64,000 nucleotides of DNA, from contig CM119371.1 in NCBI GenBank assembly GCA_051294905.1, forward strand, positions 26,600,001 through 26,664,000, in the 5' to 3' direction. The position numbers were made by a program, and so were the translations under genes. Source of the stretch: Botryllus schlosseri (lineage: Eukaryota). Of this stretch, positions 10,439-21,253 are shown piece after piece; within the stretch, counting starts at the first letter, position 1; each line of letters begins with the position of its first letter. The notes beneath the pieces are model-generated. The model was not told the DNA's origin. It ran no database searches and saw nothing but the letters and a program-made list of their open reading frames with translations.

Positions 10439-13400
10439 TCATTTCTTCATTCTTCCATAGGTTCTCGTCACTGCGTCTGTCATCTCACGTTGAAGGCGAC
10501 GTAGCACATCGTCTGTTTGCTGTTCATCAGAACAGCCTTTCCTTTTGGCGATCCTGCGTATGGCCGAGTTCACGATCCATTTGGGTCCGTGTCTGCGATC
10601 GTGAAGAAGTTTTTCATTTCTTGCTGTCCACGTTGCCTGTTTAAAGACAGAAAGGAGGAGGATCAGCGTGGACGTATTGCTTCCTGTCAGGGGTCCCCTT
10701 GGCACCATGTTGATCACCGTCTGCAGGTCAGGATTTTGCGTTGGTTGCCCAGTTGTTTTTTCCCAAGTTTCTAAAATCAATAAGAGAGCTGGATTGGACA
10801 CCTTGCATTTGAGGAAAAGGTGTTCGTGGGTTTCGATGTGCGTGTCGCATAGGAGGCAATTACTATTTGGTACCGCTAGTCTGGCGTGGAGTCGAGAGTT
10901 AGTCGGCAGGATTCGGTGAGCGATGTTCCAGTTTATCTCCTTTTGATGGTGTGCGAGTATTGGGTGGGTGATATTGTACCAGCTTGGTCCCTGCATTTCG
11001 CCAATTTCTCTTCTGTATTGTCTTGCCATCGTTACGTTATATATCCATTTCGTTTGCTTCTGGTGGATGTCCTGTATCTCGATTTTCATGGATCTCATCT
11101 TTTCGCTTATTTCAGTCCAATGTTCAAGGGGCTGCAACGTATGAGGTGTATCATTTTTTATCGCATGTTTTAAATACCTCTTCAGGGTTAGGGCCAGCTG
11201 ATGATCAAGTCTCTTGTCCCATTCGCTCTCTGGTTTTGTTCCTTGCTTTCTCAGGTACTGGATCGCCGGCTTGATGTATATCACGTCCGTCACTCTTGGG
11301 ATATCCACCACGCCTAGCCCCCCTTGTTCCTTTCTCTGGATGATCTTCGCGTAGTCCATCCCTCTCTCTGGACCGAATAGGAAAGCGGTGATGTGGTTCT
11401 TCAGTCGTGTTCTGACAGAGCTTGGCATTTGTGTTGTCAGTGCGATATATGTAAAAATTGGGAGCACATTAGATTGGATTATTTGTATTTTATCATACCT
11501 TTTAAGATTCATCTGTTGGAGGTCTTTCAGAAGTAGTGCTGCTTTTCCCATGGCTGCATCCCATTGTGGAGGACTATTTAGCCTGCTTTTCGTTATGGTG
11601 TTTCCAAGGATGACTAGCTCTTCACCCCACGCGATTACCTTCGTAGCTTTCCGTCGTGTTGAGTTCTCAAAACTCATTCCTTTGGTCTTGTCCTTGTTGA
11701 TCGTCAGCGAGCTTGCTCTCCCGAAGTCTGCAATGATTTGGATCGCTACATCACAATCCTCCACCCTGTCCAGAGTTATCGTGATGTCGTCCGCGTAGGC
11801 AGGTGTGATTATGCTTTCTTTGTATCCCATCACCATGTGCCCTTTCAAGGATAGATTCAGCTTCTGCAAGAGAGATTCAGTAGTGATTGTGAACAAGTAC
11901 ATGGATATCGGGTCTCCTTGCTTAATCCCGGAGTCGATTTGGATTGGTTTCCCGACTCTCCCTCCAATGGATATCCGTGCTTCGCTTCTATCATATATCG
12001 TTCTGAAAAAACTTCGAAAGACGTTACCAAACCCTGCTGCCTCCAGCACACTCTGGAGGAAACCGTGGTCAACAGAGTCGTACGCCTTTTTGAAGTCAAC
12101 CGAGATGATTGCTCCCCTTTCCCTGCTTTTCATTTCCGTTGCCACTTCTCTTAGCATGAGGTTGAGCTGTCCTATCGACTTTGGCGGGTTAACAAATTGG
12201 TGTCGATGAGTTATGTCTGGGAGGATCGCCTTCAACCTGTTGGAAAGTATTTTGCTGAATATCTTATAATCTGCATTTAGCAGTGTTATCGGTCTATAAT
12301 TTTTAATGTCCCTGGTGTCACCTTTTTTGTGTATAACCTTGATTATCCCACGAGCGAAGGTTTCCGTCGGTCCACTTCCTCTGTAGATTTCATTGAATGC
12401 CTCGGTGATGTCTTTTGCTATTGTGTCTATGTTCTGTTTGTAAAATTCCGAGCTAATTCCATCCTCCCCCGGCGTCTTATTTTCTTTTTGTTGCACGACT
12501 GCCATTCTAACTTCCTCTTCCCGAATTGGTCCATCGATTTTGTCTCTTTGATGGTCGGTGAGACGGTTCCTTTGGAATCTTAAAAAGGATTTGGCAGTTT
12601 GGTTATCGGTATGTTTCTTACGGTACAGCTCCTCGTAGTATTCTTCCACGATATTTCTGATTTCCAGTTCTTCTGAAGTGGTTCTTCCTGCGGTGTCCGT
12701 TAGCTCATGGATGGAGGCCGCTTCTTGTCTCTTTTTGATCTTTTTACAGAGCAGGTATGGATTTTGGTCGATGACGGAGTCCTCCTGAGCCTTCGCCTCT
12801 AGTTGGAGTTTGACCAATTTGTCAGCTTTTTCGTTCCATACTTTCCGTTTCGTTCTTTTATATTCTGCAAGGGATGCATTGTTACGGATTGCATTTTGTC
12901 TTACCCTATTCAGTTCCCGCTCTTGCGCGACGTGGCGATATTTGGTTTCAGCTGTTATGTTAGCCGCGTGACTTTTCGCTAGGTGAGCTACCCTGCGCTT
13001 GACCGCCTCCCACCAGACCACTCTTGAGGTGTATATGCATATGCACGGATGTAGGGTTTTCCACATTTCCCATTTTCTTTCGACGTCCTCCTGAAAGTCC
13101 TGTTGTTTGAATATGATGGTGTTGTTCTTCCAGGTGTTGGACCTTGCAGCCTTTTCCTGGAGTTGTACCATGGCGATCGTCGCATCATGGTCTGAAAACG
13201 GGCATGAGTGGTGAGTACATGATATTGGGGTTATACCTCTAGATGCATAAACTCGATCTAGCCTGGATTTCCCTGCCGTATTGAAGAAAGTATATTCCTT
13301 TTTGTTACCGTTTGTGTCTCGATATGTATCCCATACTCCGATAGTCCTCATAATCATTCTGGTGTATCCTGCGTCTCTTTCGTAGCTTCTGAGGTCTGGT

Positions 13401-13873
13401 GGTTGTCTGTCGAGTTCGCATCTTTCTACCGTGTTGAAATCCCCTGCTAGCAGCTGTGGCTTGGCTTTGCAGGTTCTTGTTACCAACTGTTTCAGCTGTT
13501 CTCTTCTTTTCCGCCTGAAATTATGGCCATAGAAGTTGGTTACTGTGAGATGAGATTTACCTGTTTTCAGTCGGATTTGTAGCAGCCTTCCTTCAGTGTC
13601 CTTAGTGACCTCTGTTACTTTCGCCAAATGTCTGTTGCGGCCAAATAGGATTGCCGTGCCAGCTGTACAGCTATCTCCCGAATTCCAATAAGCGTTGCCT
13701 CCCCACTCCTTAGTCCAGGTTTCCTCTGTCGCCAGTACAGAATGCGTTTCCTGGAGACATATGATATCTGCTCTTGTTTTCCTGATGAAAGAAAATAACA
13801 AGATTCTTTTGATTCTATCATTTAGTCCATTTACATTTAGAGTTAAAATCGTTAGTCTGATGGACTTAGACAT
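10439..13873 (-). CDS. ORF2: APE endonuclease + reverse transcriptase + C-terminal CCHC zinc finger (1144 aa)
   Basis: NVNG, LQET, GDFN, SRLDRVY, SDH (APE); KTPGEDG, YRPITLLN, GIKQGDPIS, YADD (RT); CLLC..ETHEHLF..C. Confidence 0.97.
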   Translation of the reverse strand: MSKSIRLTILTLNVNGLNDRIKRILLFSFIRKTRADIICLQETHSVLATEETWTKEWGGNAYWNSGDSCTAGTAILFGRNRHLAKVTEVTKDTEGRLLQIRLKTGKSHLTVTNFYGHNFRRKRREQLKQLVTRTCKAKPQLLAGDFNTVERCELDRQPPDLRSYERDAGYTRMIMRTIGVWDTYRDTNGNKKEYTFFNTAGKSRLDRVYASRGITPISCTHHSCPFSDHDATIAMVQLQEKAARSNTWKNNTIIFKQQDFQEDVERKWEMWKTLHPCICIYTSRVVWWEAVKRRVAHLAKSHAANITAETKYRHVAQERELNRVRQNAIRNNASLAEYKRTKRKVWNEKADKLVKLQLEAKAQEDSVIDQNPYLLCKKIKKRQEAASIHELTDTAGRTTSEELEIRNIVEEYYEELYRKKHTDNQTAKSFLRFQRNRLTDHQRDKIDGPIREEEVRMAVVQQKENKTPGEDGISSEFYKQNIDTIAKDITEAFNEIYRGSGPTETFARGIIKVIHKKGDTRDIKNYRPITLLNADYKIFSKILSNRLKAILPDITHRHQFVNPPKSIGQLNLMLREVATEMKSRERGAIISVDFKKAYDSVDHGFLQSVLEAAGFGNVFRSFFRTIYDRSEARISIGGRVGKPIQIDSGIKQGDPISMYLFTITTESLLQKLNLSLKGHMVMGYKESIITPAYADDITITLDRVEDCDVAIQIIADFGRASSLTINKDKTKGMSFENSTRRKATKVIAWGEELVILGNTITKSRLNSPPQWDAAMGKAALLLKDLQQMNLKRYDKIQIIQSNVLPIFTYIALTTQMPSSVRTRLKNHITAFLFGPERGMDYAKIIQRKEQGGLGVVDIPRVTDVIYIKPAIQYLRKQGTKPESEWDKRLDHQLALTLKRYLKHAIKNDTPHTLQPLEHWTEISEKMRSMKIEIQDIHQKQTKWIYNVTMARQYRREIGEMQGPSWYNITHPILAHHQKEINWNIAHRILPTNSRLHARLAVPNSNCLLCDTHIETHEHLFLKCKVSNPALLLILETWEKTTGQPTQNPDLQTVINMVPRGPLTGSNTSTLILLLSVFKQATWTARNEKLLHDRRHGPKWIVNSAIRRIAKRKGCSDEQQTDDVLRRLQREMTDAVTRTYGRMKK

Positions 13874-13884
13874 GCAGGTGTTCG

Positions 13885-15351
13885 TTACTGTTTGCTTGGG
13901 TGGGGAGAGTCAGCCTCCCCGCATCTTTCGCATGATCTGGGGTTAGCTCCTCCATCACTTCTTTTTAGTGTTCCGCAGCATCTCGTGACGTAGCATTCCG
14001 TGTTGCATGTGCCACATCGGAGTGTTCCCTCTCCGGTGCGTTGGTCTTCCGTTATTATGTATATATCTTCTTCGGTGCAACATGCCCGTATAGTATAATG
14101 TTTGGTTTTACATGTCATGCATATACATACCTTCCCATTATTTGTAAACGCTATCGGTTTATCGCACTTGAGACACGAGGCCGTTTCGACTCCCTCAGTT
14201 GAAAAACTGAAATTCTTTCTTGCTGGTTGATGGCCACCCTCTGAGTCCGTACTGTCTCTTGGCCTTTTATGTCTTGCCGAGTGCCCGTTCGCTTGATCCG
14301 TGGTGTCGTGGGTGTCATACACTTCTTCCGACAGTGTGAACCAGTCTGTAATTTTCTCCGATTCCACGCTGTCTTCTTCCGTTTCTGTTGTTTCTGCCTT
14401 GGTGGACATATTTCTTGCACTTTCCACTATATCCTCTACTTCCTTTTGACAGCTTGGCTTTGTTTCGAATGGCTTTTGGTCCTTGCCCTGCTTCTCCGTT
14501 CCGCTCTGTGATTCCTCCTCGTCTATTTCACTCTGCGTCGGAGTTCCTTTCTTGTTACCATATATGGATGTTGTGTCTTCTTCCGCCCTTGCGAGCGTTG
14601 TTTCGCTCTGTTTGGATACGTCGAACGGTTGCTCTCCTGTGCCCTCCTCCGTCGCTGGTCTCTCATTTCCTTTTATGGTCATGGCCTGGACCTGTCTATT
14701 CCTCATAGCCGCTCCCTTTTCCCGAGCGTCCTCTGCCGTTTTAGTGGGGTTGTTTGGGCATAGTCGTGCGATATGCCCTGGTTGTTGGCAGTTACCACAC
14801 GTCGCAATTTGCCCCCTATATTTAACCGCGATTTTGTGTCCGTCTATCCATATATAGCTGTTGACTGGATTTCTTTCGATGTATTTTCGCTGTATGAGCA
14901 GGCTTCGTACTCCATTGTTTATTCCCAGCGCGTTCCTTTGTTGGTGGATGTTTTGTATCGGTCCGTGATGTTCGATGAAGTACTCCCTTATTCTCTCATC
15001 GGTCACTCGAGGGTGAACCCAGCTGAGGTATATTGCAATATTTTCCGACACATAAAGCCAGTGGGCTGGGAGGCTTTCCCCGTCTTTCTTCATCTGTGTG
15101 ATCCTCCTTTCTATATTCACAGCCATCTTTCTTTCTCTGAATATCAAATCCGTTTGTCCATTGGGATATTGCAGCATCCCCTCCAATTCCTCCTTGTTTA
15201 TTCCAATTTTGTCAAACAGTTCCAACAATATGTCTGTGCTGGTCATTCCTCTCAGCTTTAGTCCCAAATCGCATGATCTGTCTATCAGTTGCCTCCCTCC
15301 AGCTACATTCGCATACGTGTTTTGGGCAGAGCCCCTGTCTTCCTGATTCAT
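13885..15351 (-). CDS. ORF1: RRM-like region, CCHC zinc knuckle, acidic linker, Cys-rich C-terminus (first ATG 15351)
   Basis: NGVR and VKYRGQ..TCGNCQQPGHIARLC typical of Tx1/L1 ORF1; 11-nt spacer before ORF2. Confidence 0.92.
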   Translation of the reverse strand: MNQEDRGSAQNTYANVAGGRQLIDRSCDLGLKLRGMTSTDILLELFDKIGINKEELEGMLQYPNGQTDLIFRERKMAVNIERRITQMKKDGESLPAHWLYVSENIAIYLSWVHPRVTDERIREYFIEHHGPIQNIHQQRNALGINNGVRSLLIQRKYIERNPVNSYIWIDGHKIAVKYRGQIATCGNCQQPGHIARLCPNNPTKTAEDAREKGAAMRNRQVQAMTIKGNERPATEEGTGEQPFDVSKQSETTLARAEEDTTSIYGNKKGTPTQSEIDEEESQSGTEKQGKDQKPFETKPSCQKEVEDIVESARNMSTKAETTETEEDSVESEKITDWFTLSEEVYDTHDTTDQANGHSARHKRPRDSTDSEGGHQPARKNFSFSTEGVETASCLKCDKPIAFTNNGKVCICMTCKTKHYTIRACCTEEDIYIITEDQRTGEGTLRCGTCNTECYVTRCCGTLKRSDGGANPRSCERCGEADSPHPSKQ

Positions 15352-15962
15352 TTTATCTTCCCTATCCCACGTCAAAATTTAACATGCTTCGATGTTCCTC
15401 TCAAGGCAATCAGTCTTAACATAGAAACGATGTTCACCAAATTTGGTTCAATTCCAACCAGTGGAAGCGGAGTTATTGCCTTCGGAAAATGTGGATTTGT
15501 ATATAATAGTATTTACGGTGGGCACCACTTTAATTATAGATAAGATAATTAAGATAATTAAAGAATTGGTCACCGTAACGGCGTAAATACTATTTTATTC
15601 GTAATCCAAATTTTCCGACGATAATAACTCCGCTTCCAGTGGTTGGAATTGAACCAAATTTGGTTAGCATCATTTCTATAGACAACCCAACACTTTCATG
15701 GGGTGAACAGAAAATTTTCAAATTTTTTGTTATTTATTTTTATATAATAAATAGAAACTTTCTTCTCCTGTAGCAATGCGGCTACTGGTTGAAATTGAAC
15801 CAAATTTGGTGTGTGTGTGTGTGTGTTTATTAGGTAACCTCACAATTTTATCAAGTAGCCACTGCGATTTGAGAAAAAACGTCGTTTTTGAAGAGCCCTA
15901 GTCTACAAACTATCTGATAGAGAAACAACGAATTCACGTCTAGATACAAGCTGGTAGAGAAT

Positions 15963-17820
15963 CAACAGATAAGCGTTTATGTAGAGGTACAGTTTTGCTT
16001 TCACATCATCAGGTGGTTGACCAGAAAAAGGTCAACTTTCCTGCTCAGCTCCCGAAATAGTCGCCGGAGCGTTACTTTAGTGCTGATTTACTGTTATCTT
16101 CGTCGAATTCGCCCTACATTTACCAAAAATTCTCAAAACTGAGGACAAAATCTCAAAAATGAGGCTACTTCTTAAAATTGTTCGATTTTCTAAAATAACC
16201 TGAATTTAGCTCAGTTCCAACCAGTAGAAAGCAATGCTAACAGAAAATATTTTGAATTAATTACAAATAGAGATTTTCGAATTTTACCGGCTACCTCATG
16301 ATATTGTTAGATTGTGTAAAGATATGATTCATAGCAAATTTGGCTCAATTTTAACTAGAAGAAGCGAAGTTATTAGAGTCGAATATTTGGGATATGAAAA
16401 AATAGTCGACTTACTATACTAGTATGTAATTATATTATATGATAGCATTTCTCACTGAAAATACTCCATTTATTTTCAGATCCAAAATTTTCTCCTCTCA
16501 TATCATTGATTCTACTTTAAAAATTAAGCCAGATTCAGTGTTCATTTTATGCAACATAACAATTTTATCAAGTAGCCACCCAGTAGATTAAAAATGAAGT
16601 TATTTTTGATCAGCCCTATTGCACAAACATCCCACAACATTAGCCATTCATTATTACTCACGTGCACAATGAACATACCCAACAAAACGTCAAATGGACG
16701 GAGGACGTATTGTGTGTTTTCACAGACAGCAGATCAAATCAATGAGTTACACTTAAAAATACTAAAGTGGAAAGGAGATTCTCATATATGTTAAAGCGGC
16801 ATGGCCTTGGAATAAATCCACATCTACTGGATACACGTTCCACTGGTGCATTAGATGCAGGAATTGACAAGCATTTTTGAACCACACTGAAGAGTATTAG
16901 ATACTCATCCATTCTAGTCGCCCAAAAATGCAACGAATCATGGCCTTCAAATCTACACATGAGCTTAGCAGTCTCTTCCAAGTAGACTACTTGACCAGTT
17001 GAGTCGTTTCATTGGCTCTAATTGAACTTTGCTTCGATTGTTTGCTTGTATATTTGAAAAGTCTTGAGTACTTTGATTGCGGAGGATCTATTACCTCTTC
17101 ATCACTGGATGATTTTGTACAATGCATTGTTACTATGTACCATACCATTCTCTTTTGTTGTTTCCGGCGGCATATCTGATATCAGACGAGTGCAACGAAA
17201 GCAGTGGTGACAAATAGCGATGTCGACCGAATTCGTCACATGCGTTGATCTAACCATTGTGATTGGCAAAATTTCTTCACCTTCAAGTCATATAAAATAA
17301 GCCGAGTCAATGACTTGAGTCGAGTCATGCGTAATGACTCGAGTACAAGTCGAGTCATTTTCCCGTTTCAAGAAAATGACTCGAGTCAAGTCGAGTCACA
17401 AAAAAATCGTGACTCGAGTCGAGTCATGACTCGAGTCATTACAACCCTGGTTTGTAATCTGTGCCTGTCTTTCGTAATCCAGAATTGTCGTGCCGTGTTA
17501 CTGCTGCGCCGTGTTACTGCTCAGTACAGCGACGAATGCCGCGTGCGCGGATATTGATGACCTAATTTCGCATCAACTCAGAGGGGATCGCGTCGCGTTA
17601 CGTTGTGCGATGCGATATGCGTACACAGACGAATCTCGCTAATTGGTCGCGGCCCCGCAAAACACTGATAATACGACTTCTTGAATTGCAACTGAATATT
17701 AGCGTCAGAATGGTCATTTCAAAAGGACGGGATTTTCCGTTTCGAAAGGACGGGGTTTCGACAACCCCTGGCTACGCGCTTGCCTCCACCCCATGCAAAA
17801 ATAGAAGTCGGCGCATATGA
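15963..17820. repeat. Arm A of an inverted segmental duplication (uninterrupted)
   Basis: Reverse complement of 26891-27402 + 31576-32651 + 36798-36946 + 37322-37585. Confidence 0.95.
16739..16981 (-). pseudogene. hAT transposase dimerisation-domain remnant (duplicated at 32025-32267, +)
   Basis: FW...LSIPASNAPVERVSS motif; lies in a gactcgagtc-repeat element ending ...acaaccctg at 17449. Confidence 0.75.
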
Positions 17821-19233
17821 GCCTGCTTTTTTCTTTTGCCACACGGAAGCCACTACGTCCTCGATCCCGATATTCCTCGCTTTAACTGTTTCCTTTCGCA
17901 GAAATCCAACTTCGCGTGTCAGCTGATTATGGCCATAGCGACCTTTGAAATATTCATCAACGTCAACTTGGCGCATCTGCGGGTAAACTTCAAAGTCCGG
18001 TTGCTGAAGCTTTTCATGTCGAAAGTTATCAAGGATATCAATGGCCACCACATCCATGGTATTTTCGTTGCAAATTTGTAATAACTTTTCGTTAATGATA
18101 TCTGAAAAATTAAATATGGAAATGATAGATATCAAAGCTACGGAAAAGTTCAAATCCAGAAATAAATACAGTTTGTCGAGCAATCGTTCTCACACGGTGC
18201 AGGTGAACGCATGCGATAAGACTTTGTTTGGTGAGGACTTTCTGTAGCTGAAAAATAGCATCCCCAGAAATGAGAATGAATTCCCGCTCAAGGAAAACCA
18301 ATTATTGTGACAATCGCCCATATTTTTCTTCGCGAACGTGAATGCAAGGTTGGGATAACTATTGTCGTATTCAGATTTGTAGTAGTCGTGATTAGTGTTC
18401 GCACTCGATGACGAAGGTTCCAGCATTTGGAAGTAATGGTATTAGCAATCGATTATATTCCCTAGATCGTAACCGTAATAGTAATCAATTATTTGACATA
18501 TCTAATCGGTTTCTTCGTGAAACAACGTTAACTTTGACTTAACCCTTTTAATGGGGGTCAGATTTTGCCGAACTGACTATCACTCTTCAAATTCATACTG
18601 TGACCTCACAAAGAGTTCAATCTGAGCTGTTCCAGTTTAAAAGTGGGCGGAGTATAGCCTCCTACCGTTTCCACCCTCGATCGACACCCCATGACTTGTC
18701 TACAGTTTTTTATAAGACTAAATAAACAAACTTTTTCACTGAAAAATCTCTTTCTCTCTCTCATTTTTCCGGACAGACCCCCAGGATGGCGTCACATAGT
18801 CCTAAATGATGCCTCAGTGCGTAGCCACCGTGGCCTGGTTTCAAACAAGCCGTCAACCATGACCGTACACCGCGCGGCTCGCCAGATATCGTAAAATCAA
18901 AAATACATGAAAAGTTTACATATGGGCGTGGTCAGTGAGCGGTCATAGTGGTCAGGTTCAATATCAATACTGAATCGGACCCCTGCCGCCCAGTTATTGG
19001 CATGAAACAATGTGGTATACTTTCTCTTGTCATATCCAACCATTTGCAGGCATAGTAAACCAGTTTGTGACTCGTATTCCGTCACGAACTTGGACTTGAA
19101 CTTGATTATGTTCTTGAAAATCACCGAAGCGTGACAAAAATTACCAAACCCCCTCAGAAAACCCCCCAGAACAAAGTCTGATGTTCGAAACGGTGAAAAA
19201 TTACACAGAATACCGAACAAGCCGACTTCTGAT

Positions 19234-21253
19234 TAGGGTTCTGGTTTAAATCAGGCTGATTTAAATCAGTGTGATTTAAATCAGGTTTTTTTCGTTGATT
19301 TTTGATTTTAATTTCACCATTTTGATTTTAATGATTTTTTTGATTTTTTCAAATTTTCTGACGAGATGCGTGAATGTGGTCTATTATCGGACAATCATGT
19401 GCGTTTTATATAAACCGGACATAGTATTTCGTCACCGGCACCGTTATGGTTCAGCTATTTGACAGACAGGCGCGAAAAGAGCAGAGAGCGGTAGTTAATC
19501 AATATGTTAGCGTTTGTGCTGTGGATAGTCAGTTGTCTACGACATGCTGCTGCTATTTCCGAGGCACTCGTGGGATACCGAAAAGGAAGCGCAATCCGGA
19601 GTCTCTATCGAAAGATTCCCTCATCTCTGATGCCTAAGCGTTGCAAAAAGCAATTTGCAGTTATTATGGGCTGGAACGATGGGCCAACTAGCCGTGTGGC
19701 TGTGGGATGTGAAAACAAGTGCAACTAGTGCAAGTAAGATACCATGTCATTATGTGTGATTCATATTTATATAGCTAATTGAATACTGGTTATAGATTAA
19801 AATAGAAACGAATCTGTGTGTACCGTAAACAGGAACGAATACCGTAAAACAGCATGTCCCTAGGGCTAGATTTATCAGATTCAGAACATGCGCACGACGT
19901 TCGACGAAAATCTCACCTTTGCCTCATCCCCTCAAGCTCGATGCTGAGCAATCAAAGGCCATAACTTTTGCCATTGGCGAACATCTATTGGACAATCCCG
20001 CTTGTATTTGTTAACCAAAAATATGGTAGCTCGTGAGATTGCCATTTACATTTAATTTTACTTCAGAAAGAGAGAGACAATATGGCACTTGGTTTTTGAC
20101 TTGAACATGCATGCTGTGCTCAGAACAAGCAAGCTCCAATTACATAGAATAACCAAGTACTGATAGCGACATCAAAACATATAGAAAGAAAAGATTTCGA
20201 CCAGTGGTTTCAAAACTTTTTTTGACTAATCGCATGTCTGAATTAAAAATCTTGCATTTTTGCAGCCATCTCTGGACAATACCTCTGCTGCCCTTCTCTT
20301 ATCAAGCTGGATGTGGCTCAAGCTCGAGATTAAAAAGACTATTGCTCTTTGTGCGGTCTATAAAGTCTGATGTTGTCACAGATGAGTTAGAGTATGTGGC
20401 TTGGACAATGGACATGAATCGCAAAAGAGTTGTTCGAGACCTGGCAAAATGATTAGTTTCGAAGATGGAACCAGAATGCAATGATTGGTCTGCTGGTAAC
20501 CTATAATCGAACGCTGGATTGGATTGATTGTGTAAAGTTGGTGAGTATAATTGTGTATACTCCACACACACTGAATGTCTCTTATCTTCCCTCGATTTTT
20601 AGGAATTTTCGATGCAGAATCGAGTATTTCGGTACCATATCTAATTCATCAGCCAGCATTATTCTGGATGGATCATGCCGGTGTTCTCCAGAACTTTCAA
20701 GACTCGCCTTTCGTCCGTTGCACATGCTGCATCTTGTGCGGGGCATCGGTCATGTGCGGCCGCAAGTGCAAACAAGAGTCGTGATTGCTTGCCACAGGCA
20801 AATCTTGAAGTGATGCTGCGAGTGAAAGATCACTTCATGGACTATGGTACTAACAAAGCAGTAAAGAGTTCATGAAGATCAACAGTTTGCTGGCAGAGAC
20901 CAATCCATCAATCAAGATGAAGATGCAACAATTATGGATGGTCCCGAGATAAATCAACATGTTTCGTCGCTACTAGAACGGATCAGTAATTATTCTAACG
21001 ACCCATCATTACCACATAGGTTAAACGTTTACAGCTATGTGCATGATGATTCACAGCCCCACATTATGAAAGTTTAAGCGTTATCCTTCATCACCTTGAT
21101 TGACAGTGTCGTCATTCATCCCATTTTCTGTTGTTCATGTTGTTGTTATTATGAGTAAAAAAAACAAAAAAATCAAAAAAATCATGATATGAATTAATTA
21201 CTCGATTAAAATCGATTTTAATCAGAGGCAAAATGATTTAAACCGGAACCCTA
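19234..21253 (+). mobile_element. Defective hAT element with transposase remnants
   Basis: TIR tagggttctggtttaaatc / gatttaaaccggaacccta; perfect TSD cttctgat; frameshifted PELSRLA...AASCAG...KSR..L...NLEVML at ~20660-20835. Confidence 0.85.

Larger units (their letters stand above)
10332..15420 (-). mobile_element. Apparently intact L1/Tx1-clade non-LTR retrotransposon (element A)
   Basis: 12-bp TSD atagaaacgatg (10320-10331, 15421-15432); two open ORFs; ~105-nt 3' UTR with aataaa near the end; no poly-A. Confidence 0.92.
10107..15900. mobile_element. Long-TIR MITE (tagggctcttcaaaaa family) hosting a LINE
   Basis: >200-bp TIRs; TSD gtctacat/gtctacaa (7/8); related copies at 44905-45169 and ~46560-46738. 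Confidence 0.9.

Noticed and set aside
10517..15346. Plus-strand ORFs overlapping LINE A
   Set aside because: Antisense shadows of ORF1/ORF2 with no independent motifs
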